Shown here: positions 40,935-54,030 of the stretch, one piece after another
How positions within the stretch are numbered: position 1 is the stretch's first letter
Layout of the letters: every line of letters starts with the position of its first letter
Assembly (NCBI GenBank): GCA_965235115.1
Contig: OZ249443.1
Location: 12,834,001 to 12,898,000, forward strand
Origin: Laetmonice hystrix
Lineage: Eukaryota
Length of the DNA: 64,000 bases
Direction of reading: 5' to 3'
Notes under the pieces: model-generated
What the model saw: only the letters and a program-made list of their open reading frames with translations
The model's database searches: none
What the model was told of the DNA's origin: nothing
Position numbers and translations under genes: made by a program

Positions 40935-42680
40935 GGTGCCTGCCGTCAGAATTCGCATTGACACCTGATGAGGTGGCGGTCTGAGGTTAACAGAACAGGG
41001 TCTGAATACTTGGTGCCATAACGCCGAGGGAAACATGGACGGAAAGAAGGAGAGATTTTCCCCCGATTGAGTGGTTTCTGCTGGAGGACTGGCAAACACC
41101 TCCCTTAGTCTGTTCATCTTGGTGTTTCGTTTCCGGCGGGGCTTCACATTGAAGGTGATGAACAAAGAAAGATTTGAAACTAACTGGATGTCTTACTTTG
41201 AAATAGAAAAAGCCCATTAGGGTAGAAAACGTTGTCCCAAGGCCAGTAGGAACAGCGACAAAGGAGTGGTATTTCGGAACAGACCAGTGGACACGTTTTG
41301 ACTGGCAGAGTTCCGTATTTTTGTCACTTTACCGATACGATGTTAGTTATCAAGATCAAAACAGAGTTTCTACTTTAAAATCTGGATCATATAAGTTAGC
41401 TTGCTACATATACTAAATATGGGATTGCATTCCTAATCCTAGTACACAATATTGGACTATATTATATTAACTACGGTACCATTATACTTTTAGCGTCAAA
41501 ATATAGCGAAGGGTAACTTCTGTAATCAATTGAACAACTTCCCTAATCTTTCTTTCACATGCCATACACAGGAAATTAGCCATATGAAGTGTCTTATTTC
41601 ATACGCCAATTACTGAAATATTCCAACGTAATCAACACCCAGTCAGTCGTGGCAAAGTTAGAAGCTATCCTTCACTTACGGCATAGATATACCGCAGGCT
41701 GGTAATACTGTCGCTATCACCGAGGACGTGTAAGGGCTGACTGATTTATGCTCCAGTTCACGAACACTAGGCAATGATGAATGCCTCAGCAGACGAAACG
41801 ACCATATCCCTTCAATCTGGAATACAAGATCAGGTCCTGGACACTGCAATCAATTCAACACCCCCCCCCCCCCCCAGCCCACCCCCACTTCCAATATTCA
41901 CTGCCTACGGAGATATTACCAGGTGCCATATTGAAGACTTCCTCTCCATGCCACGCTCTGCTTCCTGCTTCTATACTAGACTGCTCTTTGCCTCTAGTTT
42001 CTGCAAATCATTTGACGACTTCACTACAAGTTAAGGTTGTATTAGATTTGAGGGATATGTCACAGTGGGTAGTAAAAGATATGAATTATATGTGAAATTA
42101 CCGTCATGATAAGTAGACTTGTGAAGGTGGTCAGTTTCTATCATGGCATACAGATTTACAGAGTTGAGAACGTGAGCTTGCCTCATGGCTACAAAGAATA
42201 GAAATATCAGCTTACCACAACCGGTTATCTCATCAGAGACCATGTTTGCAAGGTTCACCTCAAATGACCCAAGGAGGTCAGGTTTCCAGTCTTTTCATCT
42301 GTGGAAAATTATAACAAATTAATTCTGTCTAGCGGGGTCGCAAAGTTCCCGCGCTGTCTGTCTTCAAAAGTACGGGATATAAATTAAATCTGAAAAACGT
42401 GAAAGCCAGCACGGACCCATACGTCTTGTTCAGTTCACGCTGACAAAACCGTCTTCCGGCAATATCGCCTCACTACACATTGCTACCATACGGCAATATT
42501 TCATCACATACCCATCACCATTATGAATCCAGTCTGACAGTATACTGGATCGTGCATGAGTTAAACCATTGTCAGAGCAGCCACTCCATGAACACTTCAT
42601 GTCACGCATGGTTTAAGCAGCCGACATTTTGTAAAAGACTTAATCACGCCTGCCTGTTTGGCACACCGCCCGCCAAGAAC

Positions 42681-43113
42681 CAGGGGTGGAAATTAAAGTT
42701 TTTAGGAACTAGCCTGCCGGGCTAGTAAAGTAAAAAATCAACTAGCCCGGATGAAAAATTGCTAGCCCAGAGTCTAAACATTCAGATTCTGTAGATTAGC
42801 CATTCTCTCCCTTTCTGCCACCCTGCAAAGAATGATCTGCATCTCAACTTTTCATACTCTCTGTCATGCTCCTTCCGCTGTTCGTCACCTAATTTGACTT
42901 TTTTGGGAGGTGGGGGGGCTACTCCTTGTAGATATCTCCACATGTTGTCAGATAATCAGGGTTGTCGTCTGCAAGTTTACTGATATCATGGTCTAGATCT
43001 ATGTCCCCAGAATTTGCTAGTCGCCAACTGGGCGTGTGTTCTGTGAATGCCTAGTCGCCCGGGCTCATTTTTAGTCGCCTCGGTCGACCGGTCGAGTCCA
43101 AACGCCACCCCTG
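42681..43113. mobile_element. hAT-like MITE (433 bp) with 5-bp TSD
   Basis: TIR CAGGGGTGG / CCACCCCTG. AGAAC lies immediately outside both ends (42676-42680, 43114-43118). Repeated subterminal CTAGCCC / TAGTCGCC motifs. Confidence 0.7.
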
Positions 43114-46100
43114 AGAACGTGCTGGCATCTATTACCTAGGCAACTGGGGGTTGATGAGGAAGTCAACGACAACCCTAAAACAATATCTGATGATCAGTCA
43201 TAGAGATCCTCGCCCTGTCCACCATCGATTCCTGGAGTCTTGGTGGGACATCTATATGGCCCACTTGTATCAACAACGGCCCTCGTGTTGGCATGATGTA
43301 TGACAGCGACCCCTACCGACATCATTAGGCATTAGTAAAAGTTCCATTCAAAGCCACTGTTGGGTGATAGATCACTCCCACGTAATCAACGACTCCCTGA
43401 TATGGGTCACGCTTTGTTGGCGACAATAGCCTAATATCTGCCGTAATAAGGCATTAGATCTTTCATGGCGTGAATAACAGTTAACTTAGCTAGGCAATCT
43501 CGGCCTGAAATGACCAAATAAAATTACAGATTAGTATGGGCTCCGTTCTTCAGTTTTATCGTCGACGCGCACAATTTAAACGCAACACTATGGTAGTTTA
43601 CGAAAAGTACGAATGGTCATAGGCTTTAGTCGCCTAAAGGGGAACTGGGGATTTGTATAAAGAAACATTGAAAGGGCTGTCGAGGCCGCAACTAAAGGAG
43701 TGACGTCGGCCACGAGAACCCCCCCCCCCAACCTTTTCATGGCCAGATTAATATTTATGTTTAACTATTTGTAAGAGTCGAGCAGGTCGGTATACACAAA
43801 ACAATTGCATTCCAAGCCCGGGCACAGGGACAGGATATGAAATATGATATTTTTATTACCGTATTGTACACGTCTTAGAAAGCTACGGTGGCACCACATT
43901 ACCCCTACTTTTGACAAAGAAATCTGGACATTCTTTTTGGCGAAAATGTTTCTAGCACCTCAAATCGGCTTGCAGTGGCGCTCTACACTGTTTGAGACGG
44001 AATGAAGGAGTGGGCACGAGTGACATGGTTGTGAATGTTAGCAATGCGATCGGTTTTCTTGACCTCGCCCCGGTCGGTGTGGCAGGGGAAGGGATCGAAG
44101 GGGGCAGAAACCTATTGCGGTCGAGAACATACAATCGCCTTGGATCAGTACATCATTACTTCCAGCCCCTGTTGTTCCCACCAGTGGACGTTTGCCTTGG
44201 ACAGTGGTCATTCATCACCGTTTCATATCCTACACACATCTCTGGACGCTGATCCACACCCCCCCCCCACACACACACACACCAGCCGACCGTCTTCCAT
44301 GGACAAAAGATAAGGAAGAGATGAGTGAACGTGAACTGGCCATGCCCGTCGTGAGATGGGAGATGGGGTGTCCTTATCAACACTGCCAGTTTCTATGACA
44401 TTCCGACACCCTGTCTGCATCAATGGTCCTAGACGTCACAATGACTAAACTTCAGTTTGGGCTAGGGTCCCTGGGGGAGGGGCGCTGATTCTACTTCCTT
44501 TACTGGCTCCATTTTCAAGAATGCCATCAATGGCCGCTATTTCTGGAAGTAAAACTAAAGCTGACATTTGCAGGCAGTCGGCTCACATAGTACGACCAAG
44601 GGTTTCTCGCCTTGGTTTGTGATGTTGATGGCGCTCTATTCTTATACTAATATATACCTAACAGATTTATATATTATACAAACTCCGTAAACTGAAACCA
44701 TGCGCGGATTACGGGGGGAAACATCTTTGAAATGGCCAAATGCCATAATACTCTGTCTAACCGATATGCGTCCAATAAAATATCAAAGTATTATGAACGT
44801 CCTCAACAATGTGGCCAAGTCTCAATCCATACACCTCAGCCGACCTTAATCCTGTCCTTCAGAACTTGAGACAAAGGTTGCCAAGGAGACGATATATAGC
44901 CGGCACTCGGCCACGAGTGGCAATCCCCTGCTATAGGCTGAGCCACTCACTGACTCTCACCAAGCGCTGCGGCCTCGGATCGGAACGAACGGCAGGGGGC
45001 GCTTCGATCAATGGGGTGTAAGTAGTGTGAGAACGGGCAATTGTCATGCCGAAGGACAACTCCACCGAGTAGGAAGGGCAGCTGGGGCTCCTTGGTGGCT
45101 TGGTCGGATGAGGTCTTACGACGGACTTGAGTTATTTATGGTGTCTTTGTTTTGATCATGACAACTCGCTGGGATCTATATGAAGGTCACTGCTGCCTGC
45201 GGTTTTTCCTTTGATTATGGTTATAAGTCAGTCTTAGCTTCTGATCTTCAGCCTGCCCGGCCCGCAGCCCCGGCCGTCTCAGCCCTGGTGGAGATCGGAT
45301 TGTAAGCCAGTGGTGCCCGGCCCGACCCCGACTCCATCCCTCATCACCAGAGGTGGTGACATGGACGTGAGCAGAGAAAATCGGGCTCAGGACACGTGTC
45401 AAAACTTTGGAGCTTTCGATTTATGGGTTTCAAAGTCAGGTCGTGGTGTCTGACACTCTGTAGTTCACAGGCCGGGGGCCGTGTTATCAGCAGATACAAG
45501 TAACATCACGCTGTAATCTTACGGAGAATTATAATGACAAGCTCAAGGAGAAACATAATAATGACGGAAATTCCATTAAAAATGAAAAATATGTCATAAC
45601 CCATGACTGCATACACAAGACAGGCACCTGACTAAAATACTTTGAGAGACAAGCATTCGTGTGATATAAAAATGGCTAACAGAGTATTAACTGAAGGAAA
45701 TATACAACACATGATAAACTCTGTGCTTCTCAGAATTATAAAAACCCATATTTCTGACTGTAATTAGTCACTTTTCGTATGACTGTGACTTGAACTAATC
45801 CAATAGGTTTTACCGTAATGTTTGAATATCCTAAGGATGGTGAATTATTGCACGTCGTCCCTCTACACTCAGCCATCCTGACCATCCTCCTACATAACAG
45901 GTCAGAATTCCCATCAACCTTTCTGTGATCAAATACGTGAATATACTCTCCTTTAAAACTGGACGTGAGATACTGACCACACAGCACAAATATGTGAGAT
46001 GGTAGAAGGAATCATTGATTTGGAAAGAACTGTCTTGTCCTATTTCAGGCTACGTTCCATCTAAAGACCACACACGCGCAATGCAAGCCGACTTTTGTGG

Positions 46101-46309
46101 GCCTGTATTAAGGACGGGCCCTGGGATCCCTAAAACCGGGGCGGTGAGGTCGATAGGCGACCAAATGGTACGAGATCAGTCAATAGTACGACCACTGGAC
46201 CGCCTCAGGGAGTCTGCTGGCCGGCCGGGATCGGCTGGCCCGGCTGACATAGCGACCAACACTAAGGTGGATACCATCCCCTTGTTTCCTCTCGGCCGTG
46301 GTCCAGACG

Positions 46310-46615
46310 TTCTTCACGCCAGCCAGTCACCCTGGCCCCACGCCAGCCAACTACCCCATTCCCATGTCAGCCTCCCCTCCCCACACCAGCCACCCAACCC
46401 CCAAGCCAGTCATCCCATCCTGACACCATCAGCCATCCACAATCAGCCCCCCCCCCCCTTCCCACACCAGCCACCCAATCACCAAACCCATAATCATAAA
46501 CCCCCTACGCCAGGCATCCACCCAATCAGCCCCCATTCCCATGCCAGCCAGCCCACCCAGTATCAGACATCCCATCTCTACGTTAGCTACCCCTTCCACA
46601 CGCCAGCCCTTCCCG
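46310..46615. repeat. Degenerate C-rich low-complexity repeat
   Basis: Recurring CCAGCCACCCAA / CCCCATTCCCATG motifs. Source of the 216-aa Pro/His-rich ORF. Confidence 0.75.
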
Positions 46616-49600
46616 ATGGAAGGCGCTTGGATTCCAGTGCAAGAACCTGTCGGAAACTAGAATGAATGCCTGGAAGAAAGAGGTACATCGGTATGTCCCC
46701 AATAAACGCTGGCAAATATTAAAGGGGTCACTTTGACAGAATTTATTTATGTATTTATAAACGTGTTTCTGTAAGTCCAAAGTTTGAAAGTGAACGTTAT
46801 AAGTGGGAGAGTTTGTTGTCCGAGACCATTTCCCACACCACACCAGCGTTCCTCCGTTATGTTTGCGCTCACACTCGGCGCCTTCACACATGTCGCCTGG
46901 GGACACAGCCCTAGCCACGCGACTCAGGCGCTGTCAACTATTTCATCTCTTTCTCTTCTTCCTGTCACTTTCCTGTGTGGTTGCTATGACAACACTATGA
47001 AGAGACCAGACAAAATGGTGCCTTGTGTCTCTCCGGGGACCTTGACGTCCCCACCTCTGTGGTGTAAACGGCGTGAGGTTCGTATTTACAATGCATTTTC
47101 CTTCGTCTCACTGCAATGGGAGTGTGAAAATTGTATCCAACTGTTCAAAATGGATGTACATAAATTTATTCGGGTTAGACTGCTTGCCTTGCCGACCATG
47201 GTCGCTATGTTAGAACCGGCTGAGTATCCGAGAAATATCCCCTACATTCGGATGTAACTGATACTTAAATTGAAATTTGGCTGGCTTCAGCCAAAATGTG
47301 AGCATTTATCAAGTCGCACTGCCGTATCAGAAAATACATGAACACAGTGGCCGTTCGCCTTTACAGTTGATTTAATATCACCTGAGATTATATTTATAAA
47401 TATTCTCTCCCATATGCCCCTCAGTACGTTTTGTAAAGGGCAATTAAGGGCATTCTTCCATAACTGCCCTTTCCACCCAGCCCTGATTGCCTGGTATTGA
47501 GCCCCCTATTAACCCCGCTTTAAGGTCGCACAGCGTAATTGCCTTTCTCTATAAACGATCTATACAGGTCAATGGGAAATTGCCAAACGTAGCTGTGAGA
47601 CCTTACGTCCCTGTCACTTGACAGTGAGGCACTGTGCCCGTCCTGCTAGATAAAGGATTTGATGGCATCTATTGTTGGTCCATTAGTGGTTGAAGATTTC
47701 AACAGATAATAAGCCAGATAATAAGGTTTCAATATGTACACTCTCCTTAACTCTGAAATAAACAACATATCTCTTCACTTTCAAAATTAAAGATATTATC
47801 AATTATCATTACTGGTAATTCAGATAGATTTGCGAATACAGAGAGAAGTCTCATAGGATTTCATAAATCTAACTGTGTTTGCGATATCTAATCTAGGAGG
47901 AAAGACCTTCAATCTGAATCAAGACAGAGGTTTACTGGGTCGTGTATTCATGCAGTCACCAGAAACTAGATAAATCTGACCAGCTTCTTTTGTGTTCTTC
48001 TCCTGAATTTCCCGCTGTGAGCAGTATAATAATATTTAATGCCTTTCTTTAACGATACAAAAGTCAGGTTTAAACGATATTTGGTTTCAAGCAACAAAGA
48101 ATATTCTTTTTTTCCTTTGTATATTTTCTACTGTGCTCTAAAGCTGAACAAACGTGGAACAATACTTGATATTTTGCCTTCAGTCGGCTCGTTTCTGGTG
48201 AAAAAGTTAAAATTGCAATAATTATAATATCATCATGCCCGTATCATGCAACAGTAACAGTTTCCTACAAAAAGCTCACGGAACAAATAAATTATGCATT
48301 ATTTATTATCATGAATAATGCATTCTGTAGACTCCCCTTCGTCAATTATACAAATATCCCTCAGAGAAAACCACCGCCACTATAGTAAAGCTGACGACAT
48401 CAAGATATATGTATTTCTCTATCTTTTCAACACTCTCTAGGAGATCTTCCGTAAAAATATTTGATGAATTACGACATCTCTCGAAAGTGTAAAAAACGAT
48501 GCATGATCTCCAAATGTATATAATGGCGAGCATCATTTGCAATATTTTTCACTTGAATCTATAACGCGACAACATCGTGTTGACAATAATTCACATACAC
48601 TCATCTTTAAAACAAGTATCAAGCTGATAATTGCAAATTCCTAATCCAAATGCCACTGCGATGAGTTTTAATCAGAAATATCTAAATGAAATGCCCCTAC
48701 ATGTTCCAACACTTATGTTATTTATTGAACAGAAGTCAATAACACTACAGTCCCTCTCATTCCGAACTGGTTATGAAACATTACCTCTTCATATCTTGCA
48801 TTTTATTGCATCTTGCCCGAGCCAAAGCAGAAACTTCATGGCGACTGGTTCATAAAGCATCAGGCTTTCAGCAGGCCTGTCATTTTGCCAAACTATCCAT
48901 TACAGGCCCCTGATGGCGACGCGGCCACAGTCGTATGTCATTTTCCTCCTATTAGTTGACATATAATATGGAACTGGAGCGTGTGCTGGCCGCCCTATCA
49001 TTTCCTGTCCGGTCACGCTAGGTGGACACCTGGTGGATGTTTACTGAACTAAAATGGCTGCTTCCATCAGGAGACGGGGATATAGTTACACCATGACCTT
49101 TTCTCTGGGTCCACTTTTCCCATCCATCATAAAGTTCACAACTCAGTACAAATGGTTCATCTAATCTCACACGAGGTTGCATTCAGACTTGGCTATCACC
49201 CTGCAATTTGACGTACTGACGTAGTCCGGCGTTCAATATCAAAAATTGAAGACAGACATCACTATATGTAAAATTAAGAAAAGGCCTCCAGACATTGCTT
49301 TAGAACAAAACGTTTGTTTAAAAATGACCAATCTCAACCCTCCAAAGTATTATACTCTCTATAATCATCCTAATAAATTGGTGCCAAACTGAACCAAAGC
49401 TGCCCGCTACCAACCCAAACATACAACCAATCGAGTTGGAAAGGTACAAGGAACGAGCCAGCGAATCTGTCACTGCATTTACACTGTCCCGCCTTTCTAT
49501 ACAGTCGAGGTTGGTGTAGACGAAGCTGCTGTCACAAGTGATGAAAGGCCTTGCTTTCTCCGCCCAAGTTAAACCTGGCATGTGTTCCGTCAAGGCCAGG

Positions 49601-51045
49601 AGTTTGTTACATTCCAGGCTTGGTGAGGGTGCATACAGAGCTTGTCAGAATCAGAATATTGTGTTGGGGGGAAGTCTGCCCCCCCCCCCCTGCCCCCTTT
49701 TATTTCCTCCCGCATTCGCTGTTTCTCCCTGTCCTCATCTCGAGGTGACATTCTGATTGATCTGGTCAGACGACGTCCCCCACGACGTCTGCGCAAAATG
49801 ACGCCCTTCCAAAAGACCAAATTGACACACACAGCGTCGCTACGTGTGGCCAATCAGAGTGGCCGATACAGCCGGCGCACGGCGAAACCACGCTGATATG
49901 ATGGCCGGGGCATTCCAACCAACACTGATCTCTCCATTAGTGGGCCCAAGGTGTACGTTACAAACCACTACTCCGCTGAAATGAACACCCAATTCGGACA
50001 ATCATAGCGCAGTTAGATGACTTTAGCAACGCTAGCCCTAGAGAAACTTTATAACTTCCCAACTTGGGGTTGTCGTCCAATCTACCTGTGCAGTTGTCGT
50101 CCATATAGTAACTTGATTCCTTGATTATTATCTGGCTTCCATGAACTCTCAGCCAAACATATTGCACGGCACTAGTACTAAAAATTACACTGTTATGGAG
50201 CGAGTCTGGGCTTTTTACCCACCATCAGTGAAATGAGAAAATTCTGATTAATACCTACAGATCATGTATGACATAAAGGATCATGTAAATTCTACTCAAT
50301 ATTCTGGATTTATTCGTCAGGTGAGGATGAATAATGTACGATTCGTACTTAATTAGATAAGTCATACCTGTATCGATAGGGTTTAACGTGGTCTGGCAAA
50401 CAGACTCTTTCCTGGCGCTAATCTGAAACTGACTGTTTCGTCGGGTTGTCTTTATTCCGTGTTTACACGAAGTATTACATTGGATGAAAGGAAATATTGA
50501 TTCACTGAGGAGCGCCAGATGAAACCAATCCTGCTACAGTTACTTCTAGCCAAATTATATACAACATTTTCACTGTGATGAAGTAACTTGATTTTGTCGC
50601 CGTTCATTTATCTCGAGCCTGAGTAAAATCAACATCTCCTTATACTACTATCACCTCCTCAAACCGACCCACTCCTGGCAGCATCAAGGAGAGACCCAAT
50701 GGATGGCTGGTGTAGCATCAAAGCATCAGTGTAGGTCTATGGTTAGAGCCAACCTCATAGATTACTGTATTTGGCTCCCACATAAAATACAATTTTAAGA
50801 AAACTTACTTAAGATGCGCTTTGAAGAATCGTCAAGGCAGAACGTCATTGATCACTTACCTACAAAACAAAGGAATAAAGATTCTCAATTAAACAAGATA
50901 TAAGAAAATGATTTTTGGACATGAGGTTACTGATATATTTCACAATACCAAAGGTCAACAATTTTCTATGCCTTGAGGAAGTTAACATGATACATTGCAA
51001 TACATGTATACACGCCGATACGAATAGGAAGACGTTCTGGCCGTT

Positions 51046-51087
51046 CACTGAGACGCACACAGGTGAACACTGAGACGCACACAGGTG
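51046..51087. repeat. 22-bp direct repeat, 2 copies
   Basis: cactgagacgcacacaggtg occurs twice. Confidence 0.85.
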
Positions 51088-51286
51088 CGCGACTGTAAAC
51101 TTAGCCGTGTCACAGAGTGCAATCGATGCCATTCAAGGCACCACAGGAGCACACAGGAGTGAGAGGGAACGGTTAACAAAGACATACAGACGTAAACAAT
51201 GTCCCCAAAGGACCCGCCTCACCCCGCGGTTATATCTGCTGCGGTCAGGAAAGGACCTCGAACCGAATGGGACATCCCCGGTGTCC

Positions 51287-51555
51287 CAATTTCAAATTAC
51301 CCCCCTGTTCAGGTTACCGGGGGGTAACCTGAAGCTAACTTCAAATTACCCCCCGGTAATCTGAAGTTGGTTTCAAAAAGCCCCTCGGTTAGGGTTAAGG
51401 TAAATTTAGGGTTAGGTCTGTTTGAATTAACGCGCGAAACATTTTTTATTCGAAGTTTATTTTTGCAACTTGAAACTGGGGGGAGGGGGTAATTTGAAGC
51501 TAGCTTCAGATTACCGGGGGGTAACTTCAATGGGGGGGGGGGTAATCTGAAATTG
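51287..51555. mobile_element. Foldback/MITE-like element with modular inverted arms and a telomere-like core
   Basis: Left arm CAATTTCAAATTACCCCCC...GAAGCTAACTTCAAATTACCCCC is inverted relative to right arm GGGGGTAATTTGAAGCTAGCTTCAG...GGGGGTAATCTGAAATTG. The centre contains GTTAGGGTTAAGGTAAATTTAGGGTTAGG. Confidence 0.7.
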
Positions 51556-52067
51556 TTACAGGGACTCTACGACGTTCGCATACAGCTTATATGAGAAAGA
51601 GAAAATCGGGGGAATACTTTAGATGACTGTTGGAGCCACTAAGGATGACGTGCCACAATGTACAGTGTCTTTTCGCATGCAGTTGGAACTTTGACGTCTT
51701 CAGTGGCTTCATCTAGTTACGGTGCGATTCAACTCCTGTCCAGCGCCCCGACCTCCCACAAAAATATCGCCATACCCGAGCATGACCCTTCTTACTTCGT
51801 CATTTTCTCAGCTGAAGACGAAAAGAAAGGTTTTATTTCTGAGCCGCAGTCAGTGCCCCTTACTCTGAGCTCCATTACCACCCACTTCAAGCATTACACC
51901 ATCATGCTGTAATGCAGCGCGAGCCTGGCAAGCGACACACGGATAAATCTTTACAAAGATGATTACGTTGTGAGATCGGCTTACAGTCCTCCAGGCGCCA
52001 CAGACCAAGTCACCAACTCAGCCTCCTGTAGCTACAGCAATCTACGTCCACTACCGCGGGCGCTAAA

Positions 52068-52552
52068 TACCTACACGATCGGTCACTGGCCTGATACCTA
52101 CACGATCGGTCACTGGCCTGATACCTACACGATCGGTCACTGGCCTGATACCTACACGATCGGTCACTGGCCTGATATCTACACGATCGGTCACTGGCCT
52201 GATACCTACACGATCGGTCACTGGCCTGATATCTACATGATCGGTCACTGGCCTGATACCTACACGATCGGTCACTGGCCTGATATCTACACGATCGGTC
52301 ACTGGCCTGATACCTACACGATCGGTCACTGGCCTGATACCTACACGATCGGTCACTGGCCTGATATCTACACGATCGGTCACTGGCCTGATACCTACAC
52401 GATCGGTCACTGGCCTGATACCTACACGATCGGTCACTGGCCTGATACCTACACGATCGGTCACTGGCCTGATACCTACACGATCGGTCACTGGCCTGAT
52501 ATCTACACGATCGGTCACTGACCTGATATCTACACGATCGGTCACTGGCCTG
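52068..52552. repeat. 27-bp minisatellite, about 18 copies
   Basis: Unit ta(c/t)ctacacgatcggtcactggcctga. Confidence 0.98.
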
Positions 52553-52675
52553 GCCGTGGCCGGGGGAACGCGACTTTCATCTAGTACCTCACTGGCATGG
52601 TCACTTAACACATCGCCTTCATCAGTTGTTTTTTTTTCCTCCCCTGACGACCTGACTGCCCGTCTCCATACCTGA

Positions 52676-54030
52676 CCCCCACCACACCTCTCTATCCACC
52701 GTTAACCCGCTTACCGTGGCCAACAATCCGCTCAGACCAGTTGCCCGTCTCTATACCTGCCCATGTCACACCCAGCCCCCATCACACCTCTCTATCCACC
52801 GTCAACCCGCTTACCGTGGCCAACAATCCGCTCAGACCAGTTGCCCGTCTCTATACCTGCCCATGTCACACCCAGTCCCCACCACACCTCTCTATCCACC
52901 GTCAACCCGCTTACCGTGGGCAACAATCCGCTCAGACCAGTTGCCCGTCTCTATACCTGGCCCCCACCACACCTCTCTATCCACCGTCAACCCGCTTACC
53001 GTGGGCAACAATCCGCTCAGACCAGTTGCCCGTCTCTATACCTGCCCATGTCACACCCAGCCCCCACCACACCTCTCTATCCACCGTCAACCCGCTTACC
53101 GTGGGCAACAATCCGCTCAGACCAGTTGCCCGTCTCTATACCTGCCCATGTCACACCCAGCCCCCACCACACCTCTCTATCCACCGTCAACCCGCTTACC
53201 GTGGGCAACAATCCGCTCAGACCAGTTGCCCGTCTCTATACCTGCCCATGTCACACCCAGCCCCCATCACACCTCTCTATCCACCGCCAACCCGCTTACC
53301 GTGGGCAACAATCCGCTCAGACCAGTTGCCCGTCTCTATACCTGCCCATGTCACACCCAGCCCCCATCACACCTCTCTATCCACCGCCAACCCGCTTACC
53401 GTGGGCAACAATCCGCTCAGACCAGTTGCCCGTCTCTATAGCTGCCCATGTCACACCCAGCCCCCATCACACCTCTCTATCCACCGCCAACCCGCTTACC
53501 GTGGGCAACAATCCGCTCAGACCAGTTGCCCGTCTCTATACCTGCCCATGTCACACCCAGCCCCCACCACACCTCTCTATCCACCGTCGACCCGCTTACC
53601 GTGGGCAACAATCCGCTCAGACCAGTTGCCCGTCTCTATACCTGCCCATGTCACACCCAGCCCCCACCACACCTCTCTATCCACCGTCGACCCGCTTACC
53701 GTGGGCAACAATCCGCTCAGACCAGTTGCCCGTCTCTATACCTGCCCATGTCACACCCAGCCCCCATCACACCTCTCTATCCACCGTCAACCCGCTTACC
53801 GTGGGCAACAATCCGCTCAGACCAGTTGCCCGTCTCTATACCTGCCCATGTCACACCCAGCCCCCATCACACCTCTCTATCCACCGTCAACCCGCTTACC
53901 GTGGGCAACAATCCGCTCAGACCAGTTGCCCGTCTCTATACCTGCCCATGTCACACCCAGCCCCCACCATACCTCTCTATCCACCGTCAACCCGCTTACC
54001 GTGGGCAACAATCCGCTCAGAACAGTTGCC
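52676..54030. repeat. 100-bp minisatellite, about 14 copies
   Basis: Units at 52681, 52781, 52881, then 52966 (the unit before it has a 15-bp deletion), then every 100 bp to 53966 (partial). Confidence 0.98.

Noticed and set aside
51970-52611. (YTIGHWPDT)n ORF; CRISPR-like appearance
   Set aside because: Head-to-tail 27-bp repeat with no unique spacers, no cas genes, and a eukaryotic context. The same applies to all other arrays.
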